Assembly: GCA_964016885.1 (NCBI GenBank)
Contig: OZ024740.1
Coordinates: 131,068,001 to 131,132,000, forward strand
DNA from: Eledone cirrhosa
Taxonomy: Eukaryota
DNA: 64,000 bases
Direction of reading: 5' to 3'
Shown: positions 51,315 to 63,863 of the stretch, piece by piece
Layout of the letters: the number at the start of each line of letters is the position of its first letter
Position numbering within the stretch: position 1 is the first letter of the stretch
Made by a program: the position numbers and the translations under genes
Notes under the pieces: model-generated
The model's database searches: none
What the model was told of the DNA's origin: nothing
Seen by the model: the letters and a program-made list of their open reading frames with translations, nothing else

Positions 51315-54300
51315 CCAAATTTGACGGGAGCGATTGCATAACGATATATATCCAGCATGTGCGTTTTCTTCCCTTTCTTTATTTTTACTTATTTGTTAAT
51401 GTTTACTTATTTAAAACAACTGTGATAGAATAATAATTATTACAAATGAAATATAAGATTACAGTTTTAACACTCAGCAAGCGACAACGTATCACATTAC
51501 TGCATAGGGCCCGAATATTTAATATTTAATTTTGGATCAGAAATGTTATAGTCGAGAAAGAGAAAAATGGCAAATGATTTCACCACCAACACCACCACCG
51601 CCACCATCACCACTACCACGCCAAACACTCTAGTCAAGTTACCTCAAATTATATTTCTACTTCAACTTCAACACCATCTCTACAGTACTACGATCACATC
51701 ATCACCACCACTCACTTATTACCGCTACCGCCGCTTTTCTCTCCCACAACCTCCTGCTAAGTACTACTAGCACATCACCACCACCACCACTACTGCCTCA
51801 TTATCGCTACCGCCGCTATGCTCTCCCACTACCTCCTGCTAAGAGATGCATCGTAGTGTCCCCACTAAAAGAGGAAGGCATCAAAAGATATAAATAGACT
51901 GATTTGATGACCCGGTCAAAAAAAAAAAAAGAATCAAAAGAGCACAGCAGCAACGAAAAACGTAAAGAAAATAAAAAAGAAAAGAAAAACAAACAGACGG
52001 ACAGACAAGCAAGAAAACTATGTCAGAGATTCAAATATTACATTACAATGAAACTTATGCTTATTCTTTTGGATTTTTGCCTATTTGTTTGTTTGTTTAT
52101 TTATGTTCGTCTATAGCGTGATAGTGCCACGCTAAAATCACCGGAGGTGATTAAATCACCGGTGGTTAAGTATCCATACATTCACCAATCCTCGATAAGA
52201 ATGTTTAAATATCGAAACAAAACAGTTCGAGTAATGGTGAAGTGGAGACTGGAATGTCTTGTGACAGACTCTCACCCAGCAGGTACTCCCTGGCTCAGCA
52301 GCAGGGACCTGGCTGTCGACCAAATACTGCTGGTGTCGGAGGAAGAAGAAGAAGGAAAGGGACATGAACCAACTGGACGAAAGTATTGAATAGAAATGTT
52401 ATGCAATGTTACCTGAAGAGTAACCCCAGGGAAAACATCTATAGGAAACGGATGCATAACATCTGGAACGAGATTGGTCTATTTAAATTAGATGAACAAA
52501 AATTGGCCGGGCAGGCTGGGGAATCAGAACTAATGGGTGGATAAGCGAGCTGGAACTGGAGGAACTGAACAGAGAGATTAGGTTGGAAATGGAGAGTGGA
52601 GTATGACAGGCAAACGAGGCAGTGGGAAATGAAGGTGAAGAGGTTGAGAGAACGGAGAAACCATCCGAAGCAGACAATGATCTGAATGCTGAAATAAATA
52701 AGAACAGGAACAAAGATACGGCCACTGAGGAGATGAATGCTGACGGGATAGGACAAGATTTGGTTGTTATCCGAAACTTAGTGGTAGATGAAAAGAAACA
52801 ATGATAGTGGGAAACCTCTGAACCTAAGATTTGTAGACAGGAAACAGTTAAAAGAAACAACAGCTAAGGTAAACACAGTCATCCCATACCTTGAGGCGAG
52901 GAGCATTCACCAGTGCAACAATATCCTCAAAGCAACAGCAAATACGGTGAGGAAACTACTTGGTATAAAAGCGAGATGAAACAGCAAACAAGAAAGATCA
53001 AAACCTTGATGTAAGAAACGACTGAATGGTCAAATCAGGGAAATGAGAAATGACATTGGAAAGCTTGAGTCCGTACTGAATGGGAGACTAAACAATATAA
53101 ACACTAAAAATAGACTGGAAATAAAGTACAAAACTAGGAGGAAAAAGCTAAATAGTATCATAGAGGAACTGAAGCAACGCATTGTAGCAAAGAGTGCAAC
53201 AATTAGTCGATACGAGAGCAGCGTCAGTCAGTGTAGACAGAACCACATGTTTGAGAACAACCAGAAGATGCTGTTTGGACAGCTTGAAGGGAAAGAAAGA
53301 GGCAACGACTTGATCCCTGAGGCAGAACAAACTAAAACATTCTGGAGAGGAATATGAGAGCAGGATGTTAAACATAATGACCATGCAGTGTGGAGTGAGA
53401 CAGTACAAAAGGAGATTAGTGAACAGGCACTCCAACAAACTGATTTGAGTATCACAGTTGAAACTCTTAAGGGGCAGGCCAAAAAACTAGCCAACTGGAA
53501 ATCACCAGGCCCAGATGGTGTGCAAGGGTATTGGATTACAAATATAACATCCCTCCACTCGAAACTGACAACCATGTTCAATGACTGCTTGATGTCTGGT
53601 GATGTACCATAGTGGTTGACAAAAGGTGCCACAGTTCAGGTAATGAAAGACCAAATCAAGGGTAATGATGTTACCAACTATAGACCTATCACATGTCTGT
53701 CCGTAATGTGGAACCTGTTGACAAGCATTATGTCTGAAGAAATCTAAAATCACCTAAACACAAACAACTTGTTACCGACGAACAGAAAGGATGCCGAAAG
53801 AAGTCCCGTGCTACAAAGGACCAGTTACTTATTGATCAAATGATAATGAGGAATTGCAAGAGGAGACACACTGGTCTTGCCATGGGCTGGATAGACTACA
53901 AAAAGGCATTTGACATGGTGCCTCATTCTTGGATCACCAAAAGCCTAGAGATCTTCAAATTGGCAGATAACATCAGACAGTTGTTTAGCAAAAAATATGA
54001 AGTCCTGGAAAACAGAGTTAACATCGGGCTGGAGAATCCTTGGAAGGCGTGAGGATCAAGAGAGGTATCTTCCAGGGAGATAGTTTGTCCCCTCTGTTGT
54101 TTGTCCTTGCCCTGATCCCCCTGGCCATTATACAGCGAAAGGTGAGAGCAGGATACACGTTGGGAAAGGGAGAGCTTGCCATCAATCACCTCTTCGTCAT
54201 GGAAAGATATTAAGCTCTTCGGGAAGAGTGAGAGGGAGTTGGATGTACTTGTTGACACTCCGTATTTTCAGCAGTGATATATGTATGCAATTTGGTATTA

Positions 54301-55712
54301 GTTAGTGAGGAGTCCTTGTGATGAAGAGGAGATAAATTGAGCAGAAGCAACGAAATCCAGGTACCAACAGGTGAGGTGATAAAGGAAATTGATGCTGAAC
54401 AGGGATACATATATTTAGCTGTTCTGGAGGCTGATGATATCAAGAACAAATATATGAAGGAATTGATAAGATCTGAATACATTCGGAGAGTAAGGAGTGT
54501 ACTAAAATCACATCTGAACAGTAGGAATGCCATAAGTGCAGTACATTCCCGCGCTGTGTCTAATATTAGGTACAGTGCGGGAATTCTGATATGGAATGTT
54601 GCTGTACAAAAAGAAATGGATAGGAATACTAGGAAGCTATTGACTATCTACAACATGTTCCACAAGAGGAGTGATGTCGATAGACTCTACTTAAGGAGAT
54701 CTGAAGGCGGAAGAGGTTTTATCAGCATAGAGGACTGTGTTCAGATGGAGAAAAACAACCTACACATATACGTGACTCATAGTAGAGAGCCATTGCACAG
54801 AATTGTACTGAAGCAGATGAAAATAGACCAGGGGATGTCCAAGTAGGAAATAACAACAAGGAGAAAGAGCAACCTTCATGAAATATCCCTTCATAATGCC
54901 TTCTTTGAAAAGACTGAATATAGAGATTCACATACATGGAACTGGTTGAAAAGAGGAGACCTTAAAAAGGCTACAGAAAGAATGCTAATGGCTGCGCAGG
55001 AGCAGGCCCTCAAAACGAAGTGGTTGAAACATCATATTTACAAGGAGGAAGCTAGCCCACTGTGCAGGATCTGTGGAGAGAGAGAGGAGACTGTGGCTCA
55101 GATTCTATCCGAGTGTAAACACCTAGCCCATACTCACTATAAAGGCTGGAGACATGATGTGATGAGCACAGTGATCCACTGGCACCTATGCAAAGTAAAC
55201 AATTTACCACATTCTGAGAAGTGGTATGAGCATAAGCCAGAGTCGGCGATAGAAAACGATCAGGTGAAGGTGCTGTGGGATTTAAGGATACAGACGGACA
55301 ATAAACTGGAACACAATAGACCTTACCTGGTGGTTTTGGACAAAGAAAGAAGATCGTGCCTGATTGTGGATGTGGCCTGCCCATTCGACACGAGAGTGCA
55401 AGAGAAGGAGAGGGAGAAAATTAACCGATACCATGACTTAAAGTGGGAGGTAAAAAGGATTTCGGACAGCCATGAAGTCAAAGTGATCCCGATTGTCAAA
55501 GGCGCACTAGGTACTATCTCAAAAAGTTTCCAGGGATAGTTAAAGAAAATTGGCCCTGACCCGCTTTTTGAAACACTTCAAAAAGCATGCTTGCTGGGAA
55601 CAGCAAGAACCCTCCGATACGTCCTGAATATCTGAGGCTGCAGGTAGTGGCTTGATATTCATTTCAACAAACTTTCAAGTTAACTAACATCAATGACTGA
55701 GACTCAAAGAAC
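51315..55712 (+). mobile_element. R4/Dong-like element family B, copy 2, full-length, many stops/frameshifts
   Basis: Collinear with 47790-51269; retains an N-terminal segment (52357-52543) missing from copy 1; TAA tail. Confidence 0.92.
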
Positions 55713-55742
55713 AATAATAATAATAATGATAATAATAATAAT
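55713..55742 (+). repeat. (TAA)n at tail-to-tail Dong/Tx1 junction
   Basis: Direct reading. Confidence 0.95.
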
Positions 55743-57184
55743 GCTTTCTGTATTAACCACAATTGTTTACACAAAGTAGACATTAATGACAGTACAGGAC
55801 AATACAGGACGGTACAAATGGGTATTTCTGCGTGTAAAAAAAACCCAAGTACAGAGGAAGTAATAACAGAACAATGAAAAATTCCCCAATAGGGGGGATA
55901 CTTCCGAGGGCCATCGTAGAGAAAGCCCATTAAAAAAAAGCCACGGTGACACTGACCACCAGGGCAAGTGACCCCTCCCAGTTTTCCACCCTTAATTTAC
56001 AGACACATACTCAGGCTATGTCCATTCACTCGGACCATTCCTGCCTCTCTCACCCATCTTTTAACAAAATACTGGTAAGAGAGCACCTTCCTCTCTACCC
56101 TGATTTTCCCTTTCAAATGAAATTTGAAAAAGTTAATCAGGGCATCACCGAAGAGGTAAGTGCTCGTCTTCAGCCCTGTCTATCTCTTTCCATACTATCT
56201 ATGTTGCCATGGCCTCCAGACAGAAAAAGACTGCCTGCCCTTCCCGGCTAAAGGAAGAGGGCAGGGCGATCCTCACGATGGAATCAGCTGATAATCGGAA
56301 CCGTTTTACACGCGCCACAGCAGGTGTTCGACATAAACCCACAAGTCAGCAATGCTCGGACACTGGATGAGTGTATGCAGGACGGTTTCGTCGCCCTGCG
56401 CGCATCTCGGACATGTCCGGCTGACGGCATCTCCATGCCTGTAGAGTTTATCCCGAACTGGAAAAGCTCCTCGGTAGCACTGCCAGGCCAGGGATTTCTG
56501 GAAGTTGTCTATTAGCCCCGGCCCGAAAGTTCTTCCAAAGAGATTGGCTAGTTGAATTTCGTCGACGCCTAGATTTTCACCAAGTACGTTGTAGCTATTC
56601 CCCTCCACTAATCCTCTATAGAACGCCAAATTGGAGATTCCACCGATCACATTGCCCGATTGGTCGAGGGCTGTGAGTGCCTGAAGACATTCCAGTCTAC
56701 AAGTGCTCCCATTCGGTCTTCACTTGACCCAGGACTGCAGCTCCGTCAAGGAGATGAGCTGAGGAAAGACGCGTCTTGCAAACGGCGACCACACCTGATC
56801 ACCGTAGAGGAAGGGGTGGAGATGTCGTAGCCTGAGCGCATGTCTGCCCTTCCTCAGCAACGGCATGCCCGGCCCTCCACGTAGCGGGTGTTGACAGCAG
56901 ATGGACCGCCTGACCATTGGAGCCCGTCCCTTCCACAAAAAGCGAAAGAGCAAACGCTCCAGTGCTGTAAGGCGTGGCCTACGACAAGGCGCGACGGTCA
57001 GTCTGTAGTAGATGACGGACGCGATGGACGTGTTAGCCACCTCCGCTAGACCTTTCAGTGATAGCTTCCTCTCGGCCCATTTCTGGGTGAGAGAAGCCAA
57101 CCTGCTCGTCACCTCGTCCCAGTTTTTGTCCGCCTGGAGGTCCTGGCCGTACCAGACCCCTAGCAATTTAACCGGTCCGTCGGT
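55743..57184 (-). mobile_element. Tx1-like element (T1/T3-type ORF2), 5'-truncated
   Basis: ORFs 56720-57250 and 56306-56650 match the ORF2 C-terminal half; (TAA)n on both sides. Confidence 0.92.
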
Positions 57185-57203
57185 ATAATAATAATAATAA
57201 TAA

Positions 57204-57890
57204 GGGGTTGTCCAAGGAGGAAGATCAACCTTCATGAAAAATCCCTTCATAGTACCTCTTTAAGAAAACTGATATTAGAGTTACACAGATATGAAACTGG
57301 TTAAAAAGAGGAGACCTTAAAATAAGCTACAGAAGGTATGCTAATGGCTGCACAAGAGCAGGCCCTCAGAACGATATGGGTGAAAAACCATATTGTCAAG
57401 GAGGGGGCTAGCTCCCTGTATAGGATATGTTGAGAGAGAGAGAGGAAGCTGTGGCTCACATTGTATCCGAGTGTAAACACCTAGCCCAGACTCACTATAA
57501 AGACTAGAAACATGATGCGATAGGCAGGGTGATCCACTGGCATCCATTCAAGGTAAACAATTTACCACATTCGGAGAAGTGGTACGAGCATAAGCCAGAG
57601 TCCGTGATAGAAAACGATCACGTGAAAGTGCTATGGAATTTTAGGATACAAACGGACAAGAAATTAGAACACAATAGGCCTGCCCTGGTCGTTTTGGACA
57701 AGGAAAAAAGATCGTGCCTGATTGTAGATGTAGCATGCCCATTTGACACGAGAGTGCAAGAAAAGGATAGGGAGAAAATTAACCGATACCAGGACTTGAA
57801 GTGGGAGTAAAAAACGATTTGGAACTGCCATGATATTCATTTCAACAAACGTTCCAGTTAAATAACATCAATGACTGCGACTCAAAGAAA
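57204..57890 (+). mobile_element. R4/Dong-like family B, short 5'-truncated copy with internal deletion
   Basis: RLE fragment 57529-57810; ~180 bp missing at ~57835; family B 3'UTR; preceded by (TAA)n at 57185-57203. Confidence 0.9.
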
Positions 57891-58497
57891 AATCATAATA
57901 ATAATTTTTTTCGACATTTGGCATAAGGTCAGCAATTTTATGGACGTGAGAGTTCGCCATTTCATTCCATATTTCATCGGATATCGGTTTTTTTGCAACA
58001 TCACCTCACACGCTGAGAGCCGTGGTAGGCTATTTAGTTTAAGGTCGATCCTTCGATCTGACTCTTCATCGCTCCAGGATATTTGAGGGCAGTATCGCTG
58101 AAATATCGCGCACATCTGTTTGGGATGAGTATTTTTATTTTAATGGGTATCTTAAAGGGGAGAAAAGTAAATGATTTCTCTGCAAAAGATTTAATATACT
58201 CAGCTAACCATTACATTCATTTTCATCACCACCACCAACCTGACCCACAAGTAGAAATTAACTGAACAATTGTATGTAATTCACTCCAGCTACTAGCACA
58301 ATACAAATGAAATGCTATTAACAAACTGCTATTTCCTTAATTTATATTCCATCTATCCCATTGAATGCATCACCCCACTGTTTTCTCAATTCAAAAAATT
58401 CAATTTGTAATATCTTATTCACCCCACTAATTGATATATACACACCTAAATAACACATTTATTTCCCATTCATATCATTTACCATATCATATACCCT

Positions 58498-58790
58498 ATG
58501 TGAAGGCGCATGGCTTAATGGTTAGACCAGTAGTCTTGCAATCGAAAGGTTGTGAGTTCTATTCTCGGACCGGGTGATGTGCTATTTCTTTGAGCAAGAC
58601 TCTTTATTTCACGTTGCTCCAGTTTACACAGCTGAAAATGAGTACCAGCAATAGCTGGAGGTTTAACCCTGCGATGGACTGGTATCCTGTCGAGGGGGAG
58701 TCTTGTACTCTCAGTCGCATCACGTCATGATACCGGGATAAGCACCGGCCAAATGAGCCTTCTGACTTAAGACGGACTTTAGACTTACGG
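58498..58790 (+). mobile_element. tRNA-derived SINE (V-domain-like body)
   Basis: A-box-like TGGCTTAATGG, B-box-like GAGTTCTATTC, then TTGAGCAAGAC and CCCTGCGATGGACTGG..ACCGGGATAAGC blocks recognised from invertebrate SINEs. Confidence 0.7.
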
Positions 58791-60452
58791 CCTGCCCGCC
58801 CAGCAAGTGGGATGGCGTCATCGTATGGCTAAATCAGCACGCGCTGTGAACAGTGGCGCTGAGTGGCGCCGGACAGACTGGTCGGTCGAAGTGATCAAGG
58901 TGATCATTTACCATATTCATCATGATCATCACATAAAACTTCAGCTCGGTTACTAATTGCTGTCATAATCCTTATCGCATATCATTTATTTTAAAGTTAC
59001 TTTTCTCCGCACTTCTCTTTTCACAACCCTTTTCTTTCATTCCTCTCTATCTGTCTCTCCTATTGAACATTTAGCCCTCTCTTATAAACCTGCGAGTGAG
59101 CAGGTTAAACTTTATTGTAACATGTCTCCACTATACAACGTGTTAAACAGACTTATTGTCACTTTCGATTGTTGTGGCGGTGTTGATGGTATCGAGTGAT
59201 ATAATTAGGTATCAGGTATCTAATATGTCGTGCAGATCTTAGTCCCTACCGACAGGATGGAGAAAACATTGCAGAGGAAGACGGTGAATGAGACACACTG
59301 GAAGAGTGCCTCAACCTCGTGGGTCTCGCAACTGCAGGCAGCCAATTCAGAATCGGCAAAAATAACAGCTTGTTGATGTATGAATTTACCGTTTACGAGT
59401 CATATTCTAGAGCACTATAAATATGTTTTCATTATTCCGGCAATAACAAGCAACTAATATACTTGATTAGATGAAATAATCAAAATTGATATCACCTACA
59501 TACTCAAGCGGACCTATTGAAGTACACTACTGTTTCTTCAAACACGCTGACGCGTATGTGTATTTGTTTGTGCGTGTGAGTATATGCATATTCACACACA
59601 CATACATTTACACACACACACTCTTACAGATACTCTCCCACACAGCGAAGTAAATGAAACGCTTGCCGCTGTTTTGCTATAGTTTTTGCTCCATCCCCTT
59701 TTGTTCTTCTACATACACATACATTCACACAAACACACATGTGCGACAGACGGATGGATATGGCTTAAATTTATATAGAGATTATAATATATGTTGTTCG
59801 AATTTAAGACAATACGTTGTGAATGGGTGTAAAATATATTTAGAAATCCTGCAAATAATGTGCTTCTTGGTAGTGATATTTTGATAATGATGGTGATTCT
59901 ATTCATAATGATGCCACTATTAATGTTAATGGTCATTAATAATATTGAAGATGTTTCTAGTACCGGACTAGTTATCTCCGCTGCTAATAATATATATTGT
60001 ATAATATCTACATCTCAATTTTGATATATATAAATAAATCTCAACTGTGTTGCGACTCTAATTCACCTCAAATCTGGACAAACTGAAACGAACTTTGTTA
60101 ATATGTGTATAGAGAAATACTATTAACTTAACTTGAACATGCCTATGGATGTGCTATACATTTTCAAAAACAATTCAAAATACACTCCGGTTAGGAAGTG
60201 TTGTAATCTACATATAAAGGGACATATTAAATTATGACATTTATGTGATATATAACATTTAAATGATTCCGTATAAGCATGCATATTGTCAGCAGCTGAC
60301 ACTGCATATTTAAATATAGAATGAGTTGTTATATAAAGCACTAGCTGACGTACCCAATTTCACCCGGGTAAACATATTGTAAGTGATAACAGGTAAACTG
60401 AAAACGACTGTATTCGATGCGTTGTCTGGATTACAGTATGAGCCAAGACCGG

Positions 60453-60479
60453 GGTGTGTGAGTGCGCTTGTGTGTGTGT

Positions 60480-60518
<39 letters not shown>

Positions 60519-60592
60519 TGTGTGGGGGGATGTATGTGTGTGTGTGTGTGTGTGTGTATGTGTGTGTGTGTGTGTCTGTGTGTGTGTGTGTG
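60453..60592 (+). repeat. Imperfect (TG)n microsatellite inside the Helitron
   Basis: Direct reading; further (TA)n/(TG)n at 61021-61176. Confidence 0.95.
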
Positions 60593-60669
60593 ACAAAACA
60601 AAAATAGTAAAAAAAAAAATCCCAGATACACCAGATTCTTCGTTTAACTCTTCGTGCATGGTATATGAG

Positions 60670-61000
60670 GATTTTCTACGTGTTCCCACTCGTGAATAAC
60701 CAACACATAAATGTCCTTAGGGAAGAAGCGATAATCTTGTATTTAATCATACAAATTTTAAACTCTGACCCTGAGGTTTATTGATGGCAAAACTGGCTCT
60801 AACAGGGAACTGAAAACTTGAGAATGTGCATGAGAGTTCGGTAGAGGAATTGATAAACGGAAAATTGTGAATGAAAGCATTTTCTCCTTGATAATTGCCT
60901 CCAATAATAATGACCTCTAGGAAATGGTTCAACTTCCGCTTGACTGTAAAGTGTGTGCCATTGCATAGACGTAGACCGTCCACGTTTCTCAAAAGGATAA
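60670..61000 (-). pseudogene. Helitron PIF1-like helicase C-terminal remnant
   Basis: RN..LCNGT, FQFPVRASFAINKPQGQSL, then [11 protein letters not shown] after stops; matches the QFP..FA.TINK.QGQSL..HGQLYVA.SRV pattern. Confidence 0.85.
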
Positions 61001-62029
61001 TAGGAGTTCCAATCTTTCATATTATATATAGATATAGATAATCCTATATAGATATATAAATAGATGGGTATATGTATATATATATAGAGAGAGAAATAGA
61101 TAATTAAATATAAGTGTGCGTGTGAGTGTATTCGTGTGCGTGTGTGTATGTGTGCGCGTGTGCGCGTGTGTGCGTGTAAACACCCTTTCGTATCGGAGAC
61201 GCTGGCTGCGAGACACGATCATCACTTAAAACAAACACACAGAGAAAATCCATTATGGCTGATTCCCAACCTGCTAGAAATAGCATTCAGCTCTGTCAGC
61301 CTACCTAGGAGGGTATTCTTCTTTAATTTTATAAAATTAGTATTAATAAACTTTCCTGGGTAAACCCTTATTCGATTGCTGTACTTACATTTCATCTCTC
61401 ATTTATAGTATGTATAGATACTCATTTAACGCCGTAATGGTAACTGGATTGTTGGGAAGTAAAATAACCAGAGAAAACCAGACAAACCTATAAAGATACA
61501 CTACAATTTATCTAGTGGCGATATGAACAATGACGAACGAAAGAAAGCTAGAAATATTACAATTGCAAAAATATCTGTTTCTGAAGTGTATCGTCGGAGA
61601 ACAATATTTCCAAGAGAAGCATGATTTGTAACGAAATTCACGACTATTCGCGGGGACAACGTAAACATATATCTAGTAAAGTAAAACGGAATTTTCAATG
61701 CAAAGCTGAAAATAGCATAACTGATGCATAGATGCACACTAGAAAATGCAATCAGCTTTTTTTTTGGGGGGGGGGGGGGGGTTCAAGCTGACCTTAATGT
61801 CCCCCAATATACAAGATTTCAATGCAACTCTTATGACGTTAAATACAGGTCAAACATCATGCGGATCAACAACGTCTCGACAGCCTCCATTCTACTTCAC
61901 AGACAAAAAGTGACTCGTACCTCAATTCTATGACTAACCTATCAACCGATACCCTTTATTTATGATATGCATCCGTATCGGAGTGTCACAGCGTCCTTAA
62001 AAACTGCATGTGTCAGTCACATAAGTAAT

Positions 62030-62213
62030 TGTTTCTACTTTTGGCACAAGGCCAGCAATAACCCAGTACATTACTGGTACTTTATTTTATCGACCCCGTA
62101 AGGATGAAAGGCAAAGTTAACCTCGGCGGGATTTGAACTCAGACCTTAAAGGGGCGTAACTATGCTGGAAAGCATGGCGTCCGACTCTCTACCGATACTG
62201 CCAATCCACCGCC
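62030..62213 (-). mobile_element. tRNA-derived SINE (Nin/Deu-like central domain) with 15-bp TSD
   Basis: Minus strand: A box TGGCAGTATCGG, B box GAGTTCAAATCC, GCCTTTCATCC..GGGGTCGATAAAAT..GTACC; TSD AGTCACATAARTAAT at 62015-62029 and 62214-62228. Confidence 0.85.
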
Positions 62214-63684
62214 AGTCACATAAATAATGGTGTATAAGCATGATAGACCTGTTTCTACTACCTCCTCACTCTTTCCACCTTAATGCAGGTCAATTCCCTT
62301 GAAATATACCATCAGAGGGAATCTCCACGAGGGCAGATTCCCCTTAGTCCTGTGACAAGTTTACCTGGACCGAAATACTGGTAAGCACTAAGATAGAGTA
62401 AGCTAATTACTGTTCGTGGCAGGTAAATCTATAATCTGGGATGGCATATTTTATGACACGTTCTCCGTCTCCAAACTTGTAATTTCGGAATAAAATACAG
62501 ATACCACCGACTGTAATGTTGAGCAGAAAAGACAACAAAATCCTAGATCTTATCCTACCACTACTATACTTGCCGGTCAGCGGTGAGGCCTCAGGTGTTT
62601 TAGGATGCCAAGGTGATGTTTTCTCCACAAAAGGGAGGAGTGCATAACGTGGCAGGAACTCTGGAGTTATAGTGTGGGATGTGGTGGGTATCGTTTCCTG
62701 TTCTTTGGAGTAACGTATTGGCGGGCCACTGCTCACACATACTACATAGAGTGGACTGTAAAATCTATGCTAACCTTATATACTTACCTATGAATTACCT
62801 TATACAGGTGAGAACTAGATGACCCGATGTCCACATTCACACATTTGGTACACCTAGTGAGTAACTGACGTAAAATTGGAAAACGTTGCGCTGATTTTTG
62901 AAGCTCTTACACTATTCTCCCAAACCTAAAAGGCAGTGGAAACATTTATCTAAGATGCCATCCTAGTCGCCTTCGAAAACTCAAGAATGAAAGGTTCTTA
63001 GGAAGATCTTTAGACGCCTGAAAATGTTGGGATTCCTCCACATGTATAGATGGTCATTCACCTGAAACCTTGTGTTTCGTTACTGACCACACCCATCACT
63101 ACTGTCTTACATTCTTAGTACAAGAAAATGGATAGTACAGAGAGATTCAGTCATTTCTGAAACAAAAGAGTGGTTCTGCCACCCAATAAGAGACAGCATT
63201 GACATGGGTACATCATGTGACCACTGGAAAATTATTCGAAGGCTGTGGTTTCGCTAATGGTTAGCATATATATGGTCATGACGGTTATGATGGTGGTAGT
63301 GGAGTTGGCATTGTTTACTCTTGCATTCTCGTTCATTTCTTAGGCATTGTCAACGATTTAAAGCATGCTTAGTTCGTGCGCGATGTGGCTGTTCTAATTT
63401 GTGGATGCAAAATATTTGAGACAAATTTCCACATTTTCTCAGAGCAATGTATAGCACATTATCTATACTTGTTAGAAAGGCAATATGTGAAAAATAGCAA
63501 ATGTATGAGGAGATTAGTAGATGTCGATAACGAACAACAGCAATACAAATAAGAGGTATTATAGCTTTATTGTCCACGAAGATCGAAATACACAGAGCAA
63601 TACACAAAAGAGGGACAGTACTGATTTAAATAAAATGTGTAAAAAAAGATAACAGTCGATAAGTAAGAAAATCATTAATAAGTG

Positions 63685-63863
63685 TTTCTACTTTCGGAGC
63701 AGGGCTACAAAATACCAAGTACAATACTGGTACTTTATTTTATCGACCCCGTAAGGTTGAAAGGCAAAGTTAACATCAACGAGTTTTGAACTCAGACCGT
63801 AAAGAGACGTAACTATGCTAGAAAGCATAGCGTCCAACCATCTACTGATACTGCCAATTCGCC
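63685..63863 (-). mobile_element. SINE, same family as 62030-62213
   Basis: Collinear similarity over the whole length. Confidence 0.85.

Larger units (their letters stand above)
60341..61418 (-). mobile_element. Non-autonomous Helitron (~1.08 kb)
   Basis: Minus strand reads A|TCTATACATAC... to ...ACCCGGGTGAAATTGGGT-ACGTCAG-CTAG|T (5' TC, subterminal hairpin, CTAG end, AT insertion site); internal helicase remnant. Confidence 0.85.

Noticed and set aside
1-57905. CRISPR-like or telomeric array interpretation of the regularly recurring short repeats
   Set aside because: Repeats are simple TAA tracts separated by kb-sized retroelements; no cas genes and no TTAGGG-type repeats
58498-58580. tRNA-like sequence
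   Set aside because: No complete cloverleaf; continues into a SINE body
60360-60699. His/Thr- and Cys/Val-repeat ORFs
   Set aside because: Translations of the (TG)n tract
62407-62736. 109-aa ORF as a possible host exon or LTR-element remnant
   Set aside because: No recognisable motif or supported splice structure; needs BLASTX
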